NCBI GenBank assembly: GCA_031367385.1
Contig: JANLPS010000526.1
Coordinates: forward strand, 1 to 32,308
Direction of reading: 5' to 3'
DNA length: 32,308 nt
DNA from: Archangium sp.
GTDB lineage: Bacteria; Myxococcota; Myxococcia; Myxococcales; Myxococcaceae
Part shown: piece after piece, positions 1-9,553 of the stretch
Numbering within the stretch: the first letter of the stretch is position 1
How the letters are laid out: each line of letters begins with the position of its first letter
Program-made: the position numbers and the translations under genes
Notes under the pieces: model-generated
Told to the model about the DNA's origin: nothing
The model's input: only the letters and a program-made list of their open reading frames with translations
The model's database searches: none

Positions 1-868
1 CCACGATCTTGCCGCTCGAGGCCATCGCCTGGGCGGCGTTGATCAGCAGGTTGATCAGCACCTGCGACAAGGGCCCGGGTTCTGCGCGAAGAAACAGGGG
101 CGACGGCGCGTCGACGATGATCTGCACGCCCCGAAAATCAGGCCCCGCCGAGAGCAGCTGAACGCAGGAGTCGATCAGCCCACGCACATCGACCGCCCCC
201 GCCTTGCCCCGCGAAGGTCGGCCCAGCTCGAGCAGCGAGCGCACGATGGTGTCGATGCGCTGCACTTCGTTCTCGATGCGCTGGGTCACGTCGAGCAGGT
301 CTGGCTGCTTCGAGAGCACCCGAATCACCGAGAGGTACCCCAAGATGCCCGAGAGTGGGTTGCCCACCTCGTGCGCGACCCCTGAGGCCAGCTTGCCCAC
401 GGTCGCGAGGCGATCGCTGGCCACCAGCTCGGCCTGTAACCGCCCCAGTTGCTCGTTTTTTTGCCGCAGCTGGGTCAGCTGGGCCTGGTTCGTCTCTCGC
501 TCGGTCTGCAGCGCGGCCGAGAGGCGCAGCAGGGCCTGCCGCAGCCGCGAGGTCAGTGGCCCCGAGGTCGCGAGTGACACGTCGGTCTGCTTCAAGAAGG
601 CCTGATCAATCGTCTCTTCGGCCCGCTTGAGCGGCGCGGCGATGGTGACGAAGAGCATCAAGAAGATGGTGCCGCTGGCCACCGTCACGTCGAGCGCCAG
701 GTAGAGCGGCAAGAGCCCCCGCACCGTGGTGACCGACGGGTCGAGCGCCGCGCTGCTGCGGTTGATCACGTCGAGCAACACCGACAGCGTCGGCTGCAGG
801 GTGAGCCACGACGCGAAGGTCGTCAGCACGCCCATCACCACCGACATCAACGCGATTTGGAGACGCAC
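1..868 (-). CDS. pilS2: Membrane sensor histidine kinase, PilS2-like (3' end runs off the window)
   Basis: Manual translation from GTG at 868 (AAGGGAG SD upstream): two hydrophobic segments, a coiled coil, H-box DRLATVGKLASGVAHEVGNPLSGILGY and N-box LSQVLINLLINAAQAM. Its position after pilGHI matches pilS2 in the M. xanthus cluster. Not in the ORF track because it is truncated. Confidence 0.8.
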   Translation of the reverse strand, partial: MRLQIALMSVVMGVLTTFASWLTLQPTLSVLLDVINRSSAALDPSVTTVRGLLPLYLALDVTVASGTIFLMLFVTIAAPLKRAEETIDQAFLKQTDVSLATSGPLTSRLRQALLRLSAALQTERETNQAQLTQLRQKNEQLGRLQAELVASDRLATVGKLASGVAHEVGNPLSGILGYLSVIRVLSKQPDLLDVTQRIENEVQRIDTIVRSLLELGRPSRGKAGAVDVRGLIDSCVQLLSAGPDFRGVQIIVDAPSPLFLRAEPGPLSQVLINLLINAAQAMASSGKIV

Positions 869-899
869 GGTGATGAGTCTCCCTTGAATCGTTTTGCTT

Positions 900-1663
900 T
901 TAGCGGAAGTCGCGCTTCTCAAAGATCAGCGTGGCGATCACGATCAACACCGCGGAGTACCCCAGCGCCAGCGCGACCGACGAGGCCACCGCGCCCATCG
1001 GCACGTCGAGCGCCAGCGCCGCCTGGTCGCGAAAGTTCATTCGGTCGAGGTTCGGCACCAGGTAGTAGCTGGCCTGGCCCACGAACTTCACGAACCCAGA
1101 GGGCGATTTGTCGGCCAGCCGGTAGACGTCTCCGGCGAGGTGCCCGGCGAAGACGATGCCCACGGTGATCAGCGCCGAGACCAGCTGGCTCGAGAAAGTC
1201 GAAAACAGGAAGCCGACCGAGGTGATCACCAACAGCTCGGCCATCAAGCCGATGAGCGACGCCACGATCGCCGAGGTGAGCGGAGATTTGTAGAGCCAGA
1301 GCTCGAAGAAGAACACCAGGGTCATCGCGCCCTGCAGCGCGAACAGCGAGATCAGGTTGCCGGTCAACCGCGAGAGCAAGAAGCGCGACCGTGACATCGG
1401 CCGGCTCACCACCAAGAAGATGGTCTTTCGCTCGATCTCTTGCGGTATCAGGCCGCAGCTCAAGAACACCGCCAGGCCGATCAACAAGATCGCCATCGTC
1501 GAGAGACCGAAGTCAGTCAGCACGCGGTCGAGCGTGTGCACCGTGACCTGGGTCACCAATGATGACGAGACCAGCAACAGCATCGCGAAGGCAGCGACCA
1601 CCGTGGTCACCCGGTTTCGGCGGGCCTCTCGAAACCCGTTCCACGCGAGGGCGAAGAAGCCGT

Positions 1664-1667
<4 letters not shown>
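900..1667 (-). CDS. pilI: ABC transporter permease PilI
   Basis: About 6 TM segments, EIERKTIFLVVSRPMSR motif, C-terminal FEKRDF; overlaps pilH by 4 bp; pilGHI synteny. Confidence 0.85.
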
Positions 1668-2609
<942 letters not shown>

Positions 2610-2617
<8 letters not shown>

Positions 2618-3515
2618 TGGCGTGCTCTGCGGCCTCTTCTTCGGCGTCGATCTGCTTCTGCTCTGAGCTCGTGATCTCGAGCCTGCGCGTCTCAGAGGTG
2701 CTGCGGGCCCTCCCCTTGCGATCGATGCTGATCTCGCCGCCCGAGGGGTCCATCGGCATTTGAAACAGGGGGTCTTTGATCAACATCTCGTTGATGGTGG
2801 TGGGCAGCCGGCCTTCTCGCGCTTTGAAAGCGGCGATCTCTTTGTCGACCCGCTGCAGCTCGCGCTCCGTCTCGAGCTGCTTGATTCGTTCTTCGAACGT
2901 CTGGCGGGTCTCGTCGTCTTTCGCGTTCGCCGCCCCGCTCCGAGCGAAGTCGATCGCTGAATCGATCTCTCCGCCCTGGGCCATTACTCGCGTCGCGAGC
3001 TGGGCCAAGAACGCGGGTGCGTTCGGCCGCTCCGAGAGCCGGCGCAGCACTTCTCCAGCCTGAACGTAGTCGTGGTCGTAGAAAATGAGGTTGTGGGCCA
3101 AGAAAAACTGGAGGTTGTAGTCGTCTGGAAAAACCTTCAACCCTTTTCGCAAGAGCGCGGTCGACTCATCGCCGTTGACCCACGTGTTGCGACCCAGGTT
3201 GAACGGCATCGCGACCGCACCGAACTCGTAGACGAGGCGAAAGCGCGGGTCGAGGTCGGTTGCCAGGTTCGCCCAGATGCCCACGTCTCGGTACTGCTCG
3301 GCGGTGTTCGCGGCCCCCATCTGCTCGGCGGTGCGAACCCAATAGAAGTCGGCCGCAAAGGGGCGAAACCCTGCCCAGACCACCCGAAGCAAGGTGGGGT
3401 TTAACGCAACAAACCCCGAAGCAGACCGTTTGGCGGGCCGCTTCGGGGGTTCGGCGAGAATGGCGCAGGTGATGAGAGCGACCAGCGCCAACATCACTCG
3501 ACCAGAGAACCGCAT
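2610..3515 (-). CDS. pilG: Pilus accessory protein PilG (N-terminal membrane anchor, TPR-like)
   Basis: Hydrophobic N-terminus, ADFYWVR and TDLDPRF motifs, helical repeats; lies between pilA and pilH as in M. xanthus. Confidence 0.75.
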
Positions 3516-3521
3516 TGTTGC

Positions 3522-4118
3522 TTAGTCGCAGCTAACGTCGTTCTTCTTGTTGAACGGCACGCCAGCGACCTGGGTGTCAGGCGACTCCGAGCACGACGTA
3601 CCGCCGGTGCCGGCCGAGCCGTTACGCGAGCCCAAGTACCACTCGTCTTGCTGCGTATCGCTGTCGATGTTGCTGGCCGCGACGCCGCCGAATTCACAGG
3701 CCGGGCAGACACCTGACGGGCCGATCGCGCCACTGGTTGCGGCGGTCGGCACGGTGCCGGCGCTGATGGCCGACGCGATGCGAGTGGTGTCTTGCAGAAT
3801 GACCGAGTAGCCGCCGGGCGAGGTGCCAGGGCGAGTCCACGTGCCGGCGCCTGAGCCGATGTCGTAGCGATAGCGATTGCCTTGCTCAGGCGCCCACCCG
3901 ATGACCGAGCCGTCTGAGAGATACGCGTCTTTCTCGCCGTAGTACGACTTCTGCGCGGTGAAGAGCGCCTTGAGGTTCGTCTTCGCCTCAGACTGCTTCG
4001 AGCGCGCTTGGAAGCGAACGAAGTTGGGGATCGCGATCGCGGCCAAGATGCCGATAATGGCGACGACGATCATCAACTCAATCAGGGTGAAACCTTTTTT
4101 CTTCAGCAAACGGATCAT
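3522..4118 (-). CDS. pilA: Type IVa major pilin
   Basis: Class III signal KKKG|FTLIELMIVVAIIGILAAIAIPNF with E5; myxobacterial-type alpha1 ARSKQSEAKTNLKA; 4 Cys; GGAG SD; own sigma54 promoter. Confidence 0.95.
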   Translation of the reverse strand: MIRLLKKKGFTLIELMIVVAIIGILAAIAIPNFVRFQARSKQSEAKTNLKALFTAQKSYYGEKDAYLSDGSVIGWAPEQGNRYRYDIGSGAGTWTRPGTSPGGYSVILQDTTRIASAISAGTVPTAATSGAIGPSGVCPACEFGGVAASNIDSDTQQDEWYLGSRNGSAGTGGTSCSESPDTQVAGVPFNKKNDVSCD

Positions 4119-4174
4119 GTTTTTCTTCTCCAGGGGGGAACTTCGTTGTTGAGCGGTTGACTGGGCCAGCCTTC

Positions 4175-4190
4175 AGCATGATGCGTGCCC
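4175..4190 (-). promoter_or_regulatory. sigma54 (-24/-12) promoter of pilA
   Basis: Minus strand reads GGGCACGCATCATGCT, i.e. GG-N10-GC, close to consensus TGGCACG-N4-TTGCW; about 57 nt upstream of the pilA ATG; PilR is a sigma54 activator. Confidence 0.85.
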
Positions 4191-4208
4191 ACGACACGAT
4201 TGAAACAG

Positions 4209-4220
4209 ATCAAGCGTTTG
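4209..4220 (+). promoter_or_regulatory. Putative IHF site
   Basis: ATCAAGCGTTTG matches (W)ATCAANNNNTTR except for the leading W; lies between the sigma54 promoter and the putative enhancer. Confidence 0.5.
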
Positions 4221-4242
4221 AAATTCTTCGCCAACTCAAACC

Positions 4243-4255
4243 GACAAATCTTGTC
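4243..4255. promoter_or_regulatory. Putative PilR-binding enhancer (inverted repeat)
   Basis: GACAA-ATC-TTGTC perfect dyad about 80-90 bp upstream of the inferred +1; TGTC half-sites resemble described PilR sites. Confidence 0.6.
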
Positions 4256-4291
4256 AGTGCGCTGCCGTTTTTAGTCCCCCAGGATCTGGGG

Positions 4292-6556
4292 TCAAGAAAC
4301 GAAAGGGTGGTTCTCAAGCCTACGTCGCCCTACCACGAGGCCCCCGAGCAGCAGTGCGCCGAGGGCACTGAGCGCGGCGCCAGCGGCCAGCAATGGCTCA
4401 TGAAATTCGAATTCGATGACATGCGGCCCCTCGGCGACCTCGGCGCCCATGACCGCTTCATCGACGACGAAGAGCGGCGCTTCGTGCCCATCGATGCGCG
4501 CTGCCCAGCCTTTGGCCCATGAGGTCCCGAAGACCACGAACCCGCCTTTTGACCCAGCCTTCAGCGTCGCCCGAGCAAACCCACGCCCCACGACCAGGTC
4601 GCTGACCTCGACCCGGTCGAGCTCGCGCCGGTCTTGCCCACCCTCGACCACCGCCGTCGTCGTCACCTCGAACGCCGCGCTCGAGACGGCCGCCAGGGCT
4701 TCGGCCTGTGTGGCGACGCCGAGCGTGTGAGGCACCGAGAAGAGCCGCGGCAGGCAGTCGACCCGCTTGACCGCCACCCCTTCGGGCATGGGCGCAAAGA
4801 TGCGCTCGCCCGGCGTGACCGGTGTGATCACGAAACACGTGTTGTAGAGCTTCAGCATCGCGCCGGGGTGTGCGCGGGTGGCCTGAATCAGCGCACTCCA
4901 CCGCGAGAGCACCACCGGCGAATTGCCCGAGAGCTCTTGCACGCCGAACACCGTCGCTAGCGAGCTCTTGAGCGTGAGCAGATCAAACGCGCGCTGCATC
5001 ATTCGCTGCTCGGGCGTCTGGGTGGCGAACTGAAGCTTGGCCATCGCCACGTTGTCGCGCCAGACCCGAAACGGCCGCTCCGGCGCTCCGGTGATCATCG
5101 CTTCGATCGCTGGAGGTTGCTCGGTGAACAGCTCGACAGGCGCCGTCCACACCAGGGCTTGGTTCGCGATGACCAGGTCGGTGATGACGATCAACGCCAC
5201 GGCGCCCTGGCGTACGAACGCGTTGTTGAGCCATGCGCAGGCCAGCACCACTGCTGCGATCGACGCGAAGGCCACCGTGGCGAGCTCGAAGCTGGCCAAG
5301 GGTATTTCACTGGGCACATCGGGCCAGGTCGCGGTGAGCCAAGGTCTCCATGAGCCCGGCGAGAAGCGCAGCGTCGCCCCCACCCCGCCCGCGGTCAGAA
5401 TCAGGCCTGCGATGGCGAGGCTCTGGGCCTTGCTCGCGCGCGCCGTCGCCAACAGCTCGAGCCCATCGGCCGCCAGCACCGCCAGCCCCAACACGGCCAG
5501 GGCCAGGTATTTTTCGGGGTAGCGAAAGAGCGAAAACGGAGGCACGTGTGCCAGCAACGGCCCCGCCACGAACTGGCTGCCCAGCGCGAGCACCGCGCCC
5601 ACGACGAACAGGGTCAACCCCAGCGAGCGCGTCTGGGTGCGCAGGCCAAGCAGCGCCAGCACCAGCACCCCTGCCCCGGCGTACACGCTCAACGAGAAGG
5701 GGGTCTTGATCTCTCCAATCGCCAAGAACGCCCCCCAGAACGCGGGCGTGCCCTCGAAGTTGCCGAAGAGCTTCGGCAAGAACAGCTCGAGAAAGCGCGC
5801 CCGGTGCATCGACCAATCGAGCTGATCGCCACTCGTGAGCCGGGTGGTCTGCGCCAGCAACCCCGCCGCGGGCAGCAGCTGAGCCCCCGCCAACATCACG
5901 CCGATCGCCGCTGAGACCGAGCCCATGATCACCAGCGGCCTTCGACGGGGCGCCCAGCCGACGATGACCGCTCCGAGCAATGCCGAGAAGAGCACCGACA
6001 TCGGGTCACCGCAGAGGCACTGCAGCGCGACCACCATCGCGGCCTGCGCCAGCCTGCTCACGAAGTCACCCTTGCGCACCAGCGCGTGGGCGAACCAGGG
6101 CACCCAGGCCAGGCCCATCAGGTTGGGCCCGAACGCGCTCAGGCCCAGCACGGGCCCCGAGGCGGCGAAGGCGATGCCCGCGACCGAAGCGGCGACGGTG
6201 CCTCTGCCCATCGCGCTCAACCACGCGAACACCCCCCACGCCAACACCACCAGGTGCAGCACCACCAACCACCCGTACCCGGTTTGAAACGGCACCAGCT
6301 GGTAGATGAAGTTGGGGGGGTAGAGCGCGGCGGCGTGAATGTTCGCCAAGAGCGGCAACCCGCCCTGACTCCCATCGTCCCACAGGGGCAGGTGGCCTTC
6401 GGCGAGGGCTTGAACCACGTGGGTGCGCAGCGGCCAGTACTGGTGAAAGACGTCTCGCGCGTAGAGCGCTTCGTCACCCGCGAGCACCGTGCGAAACAAG
6501 AACAGAAACGGCAGCGCGAGCACCCCCAGGAGCCTCGCCCGCTGGCCCCCCGTCAT
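4292..6556 (-). CDS. YfhO-family multi-pass membrane protein (GT-C-fold glycosyltransferase candidate)
   Basis: N-terminal ARDVFHQYWP...LPLWD...GGLPLLAN...LYPPN, many TM helices, FRYPEKY motif, C-terminal GWAARIDG...GPHVIEFEF plus final TM, all typical of YfhO. ATGA overlap with the pilR stop. Confidence 0.8.
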   Translation of the reverse strand: MTGGQRARLLGVLALPFLFLFRTVLAGDEALYARDVFHQYWPLRTHVVQALAEGHLPLWDDGSQGGLPLLANIHAAALYPPNFIYQLVPFQTGYGWLVVLHLVVLAWGVFAWLSAMGRGTVAASVAGIAFAASGPVLGLSAFGPNLMGLAWVPWFAHALVRKGDFVSRLAQAAMVVALQCLCGDPMSVLFSALLGAVIVGWAPRRRPLVIMGSVSAAIGVMLAGAQLLPAAGLLAQTTRLTSGDQLDWSMHRARFLELFLPKLFGNFEGTPAFWGAFLAIGEIKTPFSLSVYAGAGVLVLALLGLRTQTRSLGLTLFVVGAVLALGSQFVAGPLLAHVPPFSLFRYPEKYLALAVLGLAVLAADGLELLATARASKAQSLAIAGLILTAGGVGATLRFSPGSWRPWLTATWPDVPSEIPLASFELATVAFASIAAVVLACAWLNNAFVRQGAVALIVITDLVIANQALVWTAPVELFTEQPPAIEAMITGAPERPFRVWRDNVAMAKLQFATQTPEQRMMQRAFDLLTLKSSLATVFGVQELSGNSPVVLSRWSALIQATRAHPGAMLKLYNTCFVITPVTPGERIFAPMPEGVAVKRVDCLPRLFSVPHTLGVATQAEALAAVSSAAFEVTTTAVVEGGQDRRELDRVEVSDLVVGRGFARATLKAGSKGGFVVFGTSWAKGWAARIDGHEAPLFVVDEAVMGAEVAEGPHVIEFEFHEPLLAAGAALSALGALLLGGLVVGRRRLENHPFVS

Positions 6557-7932
6557 TCGGCGTCACGCTCTCCGAGGCCGTGCTTGGCCAGTCGGTATCG
6601 AAATGAACGAAACGACAGCCCGAGCAGCTCGGCCGCGCGCATCTTGACGTTGTTGGCGTTCTTCATCGCTTCGAGCAGGTACTTGCGCTCGGTCGAGTCG
6701 AGCACTTTCTCGAGTGAAAAACCCGGGCTGAGGGCCTGCGCGACCGACCCATCGGTCTCGGTTTCACCGCGGAGCGCCGGAGGCAACGAATCTGGGCCCA
6801 GCACGTCGCTGTCGGCCAGGGTCGCCGCGCGCTCGACGATGTTGTGCAGCTGCCGCACGTTGCCCGAGAAGCTGTAGCGTTCGAGCAACGCCAGCGTCGC
6901 CGGTGCGAAGTGAAGGCCTGGGCGACCCAGATCATCGGCCACCCGGCTCAAGAAATACTCGGCCAGCGGTACGATGTCGTCGCGGCGCTCTCGCAGCGGA
7001 GGCAGCTCGACGGTGATGACGTTGAGCCGAAAATACAGGTCTTCGCGAAACCGCCCCTCGGCGACCTCTTTGTCGAGCCGCCGGTTCGTGGCCGCCAAGA
7101 TTCTCGCCTCGAAAGGTATCTCGGCCGAGGCGCCGACCGGCTTGACCCGGCGCTCCTGCAACACGCGGAGCAGCTTGACCTGCAGCGACGGCGGCATCTC
7201 GCCGACCTCGTCGAGCAGCACCGTGCCCTCGCCCGCCGAGACCAAGATGCCCTGCCGCTCGGTCGCGGCTCCGGTGAACGCGCCCTTGGCGTGGCCGAAC
7301 AGCTCGCTCTCGAGCACGCCTTCGTTGAGCGCGCCGCAGTTGACCGGCACGAACGGGTGCCGGGCCCTGGCGCTGCGGGCGTGAATCGACCTCGCCACCA
7401 CCTCTTTGCCAGTGCCGCTCTCGCCGGTGATCAACACCGTCGACTTCGAGGCCGCCGCGACCTTGTCGATCAACGCGTAGACCCCGCGCATCACCGCGCT
7501 GTTGCCGATGAAGAACGGCCCCGCGCGAGGTGACAGCGTCGCCTTGAGCTGGGCGTTCTCTTGAACCAGGCCCCGCTTCTCGAGCGCTTTCTGCACCAGC
7601 AACACCAGCTCGTCGTTGTCGAAGGGCTTGCAGATGTAGTCGTAGGCCCCACGTCGCATCGCCTCGACCGCGGCCGACGGAGTGCCATAGGCGGTAATCA
7701 AGATGACCTCGGGAGAAGACGCGTGGGCCTTGGCCAGCGCGAGCACCTCGAGCCCCGACTCGGTGCCGATGCGCATGTCAGAAATCGCCAGGTCGATGCG
7801 GGTGCTGGCGAGCAGTGACTTGAACTGCGAGAGGTTCGACGCCAGATGCACCTGGTGCCCCACCCGGGTCAGCAGCAGCTCGAGAAATTCACGTATCGAC
7901 GGCTCATCATCGATTACCGCGACGTGCGACAT
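6553..7932 (-). CDS. pilR: sigma54-dependent response regulator PilR
   Basis: REC domain (VIDDE, ISDMR), GESGTGKE, ESELFGH..GAFTGA, LDEVGE, FREDLYFRLNV, Fis-type HTH. Start placed at MSHVAVIDDE. Confidence 0.92.
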   Translation of the reverse strand: MSHVAVIDDEPSIREFLELLLTRVGHQVHLASNLSQFKSLLASTRIDLAISDMRIGTESGLEVLALAKAHASSPEVILITAYGTPSAAVEAMRRGAYDYICKPFDNDELVLLVQKALEKRGLVQENAQLKATLSPRAGPFFIGNSAVMRGVYALIDKVAAASKSTVLITGESGTGKEVVARSIHARSARARHPFVPVNCGALNEGVLESELFGHAKGAFTGAATERQGILVSAGEGTVLLDEVGEMPPSLQVKLLRVLQERRVKPVGASAEIPFEARILAATNRRLDKEVAEGRFREDLYFRLNVITVELPPLRERRDDIVPLAEYFLSRVADDLGRPGLHFAPATLALLERYSFSGNVRQLHNIVERAATLADSDVLGPDSLPPALRGETETDGSVAQALSPGFSLEKVLDSTERKYLLEAMKNANNVKMRAAELLGLSFRSFRYRLAKHGLGERDAE

Positions 7933-7942
7933 GGAGTGCCCT

Positions 7943-9553
7943 TCATACCCGCGCTTCACTGGCCGCGGCCGGCTCTACCTGGAGGGGAAAACGGATGGTG
8001 AACGTCGTGCCAGTCGCGCGCGCCGAGGCGACCGTAATCGTACCGCCATGCGCATGCACGATGGTTCTGACCGTCGGCAGGCCCAACCCGGTGCCGTGCT
8101 CGGTCGTGGTGAAGAAGGGCTCGAAGATGCGCTCGGTGTCATCAGGCGCGATGGCACCCGCCGCGTCCCACACCTCGAGCACGGCGTGGCCATCGTCGGC
8201 CTTGAGGGTCACCGCCACCCGCTCGTTGTCAGCCGAGACGGTCACCGCGTTGCGCAACAGGTTGATCAGCACCTGTTTCATCTGGCCCTCGTCGACGTCG
8301 GCCGAGAGCGACGCCAGCCGCAGCTCGATCGGCGTCATCGCGAAGTCGGGGTCGGCCCGCAGCATCTCGACCGTCTCTCGAATGATGTCATCGACCGCAC
8401 GCCGCGCCCGGGTCGGCGGAGGGGGCCGCGCCAACCGCAAATAGTCTTCGACCAGCGCTCCGAGCCGGTCGCTCTCGCGAATGATCAACTTCGAGAGCCG
8501 CTCGTCGTGCGAGCCCTGCGCCGAGTCGCTCATCAACATCTGCGCGGCTCCTCGCATCGAGGCCAACGGGTTTCGAACCTCATGCGCCAGAGTCGCCGAC
8601 AGCCGCCCCAAGTTCGCCAGGTGATCGATGCGGTGCAGCTCGGTCTCGAGGCGCCGCAGTTGGGTCAGGTCTTGAAACACCACCAGCAGCGATTGCCTGG
8701 TCGGGTCGAGCGGGGTCACGGTCAGACCCAGAATTCGCTCGCCGTTCGCGGTCGGCACAGTGAGCTCATTGCGCCGGGTGTTGGGCGGTATGCGGTGAAT
8801 CGTCGGGAGCAACGCCTCGATGTCGCGGCCGACCACGTCTGGCAACGTGCCGAGAATCGCCTCGGCCGCCGGGTTGACGAAGTTCACCTTGCCCGTCACG
8901 TCACAGGTCAGCAGCCCCGAGGGCATCGCAGTCACGATCTGCAGCTGCAAGGTCGACAGCTCGCGCAGGTCGGCCTCGCGCGCAGAGAGTTGGCCGCCGG
9001 TGGTCGAGAGCTGCTGGGCCACGTAGCCCGAGAGCACCGCGATGAACCACTGTGCGAGGAGCTGCGTCACCACGTCGAAGGTGACCTGGCGCAGGCCGCG
9101 AATGCCTCCCGAGAGGCCTCCGTTGAGGGCCAGCACGATGGCGATGTACGACACCGACGAGAGCAACGCGCCCAGCAACGCCCCTCGGCGAAACAGCAGC
9201 ACCGAGGCACCGATGATCGCCAGCAGGTAGACGAAGGTGAACGGCGAGTCTGCGCCGTTGGTCAAAAACACCGCCGCCGAGGCGACCAGCACGTCGCTGA
9301 CCACTTGGAGCCAGGCGATGCGCTCGTCGACCGCTCGCCTTCGAATCAAGAAGCCGAAGACCAGCGTGAAGCCGTAGCTCACCGCGATCAGCGCGAACGA
9401 AGTGAAGTCGCCGAACGAGAGCTGCTCGACGGTGCGATTCGAGAACAACCGCGCCGACAAGACGATCAACAACAGCGAGATGGCGGCGGTGCGAAAGACC
9501 GCCAGCCAGGTCAGCCGTACTGCGAGTGGTTGCCTACTTGATGGCTTGGGCAA
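7943..9553 (-). CDS. pilS: Sensor histidine kinase PilS
   Basis: N-terminal TM domain (LTNGADSPFTFVY), PAS-like region, H-box LAHEVRNPL, FEPFFTT, GTGLGL; between pilC and pilR. Start codon uncertain (TTG overlapping the pilC end). Confidence 0.9.
   Translation of the reverse strand: MPKPSSRQPLAVRLTWLAVFRTAAISLLLIVLSARLFSNRTVEQLSFGDFTSFALIAVSYGFTLVFGFLIRRRAVDERIAWLQVVSDVLVASAAVFLTNGADSPFTFVYLLAIIGASVLLFRRGALLGALLSSVSYIAIVLALNGGLSGGIRGLRQVTFDVVTQLLAQWFIAVLSGYVAQQLSTTGGQLSAREADLRELSTLQLQIVTAMPSGLLTCDVTGKVNFVNPAAEAILGTLPDVVGRDIEALLPTIHRIPPNTRRNELTVPTANGERILGLTVTPLDPTRQSLLVVFQDLTQLRRLETELHRIDHLANLGRLSATLAHEVRNPLASMRGAAQMLMSDSAQGSHDERLSKLIIRESDRLGALVEDYLRLARPPPPTRARRAVDDIIRETVEMLRADPDFAMTPIELRLASLSADVDEGQMKQVLINLLRNAVTVSADNERVAVTLKADDGHAVLEVWDAAGAIAPDDTERIFEPFFTTTEHGTGLGLPTVRTIVHAHGGTITVASARATGTTFTIRFPLQVEPAAASEARV

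Noticed and set aside
3522..4118. Electrically conductive (e-pilus) pilin
   Set aside because: Aromatics occupy positions 1, 24, 27, 50, 51 and 57, but the total is about 16/189 (8.5%) with a ~38-aa aromatic-free gap, which fails the commonly used criteria.
7703..9541. 612-aa plus-strand ORF
   Set aside because: Antisense shadow of pilS/pilR; Arg/Gln/His-rich with no motifs, as expected in high-GC DNA.
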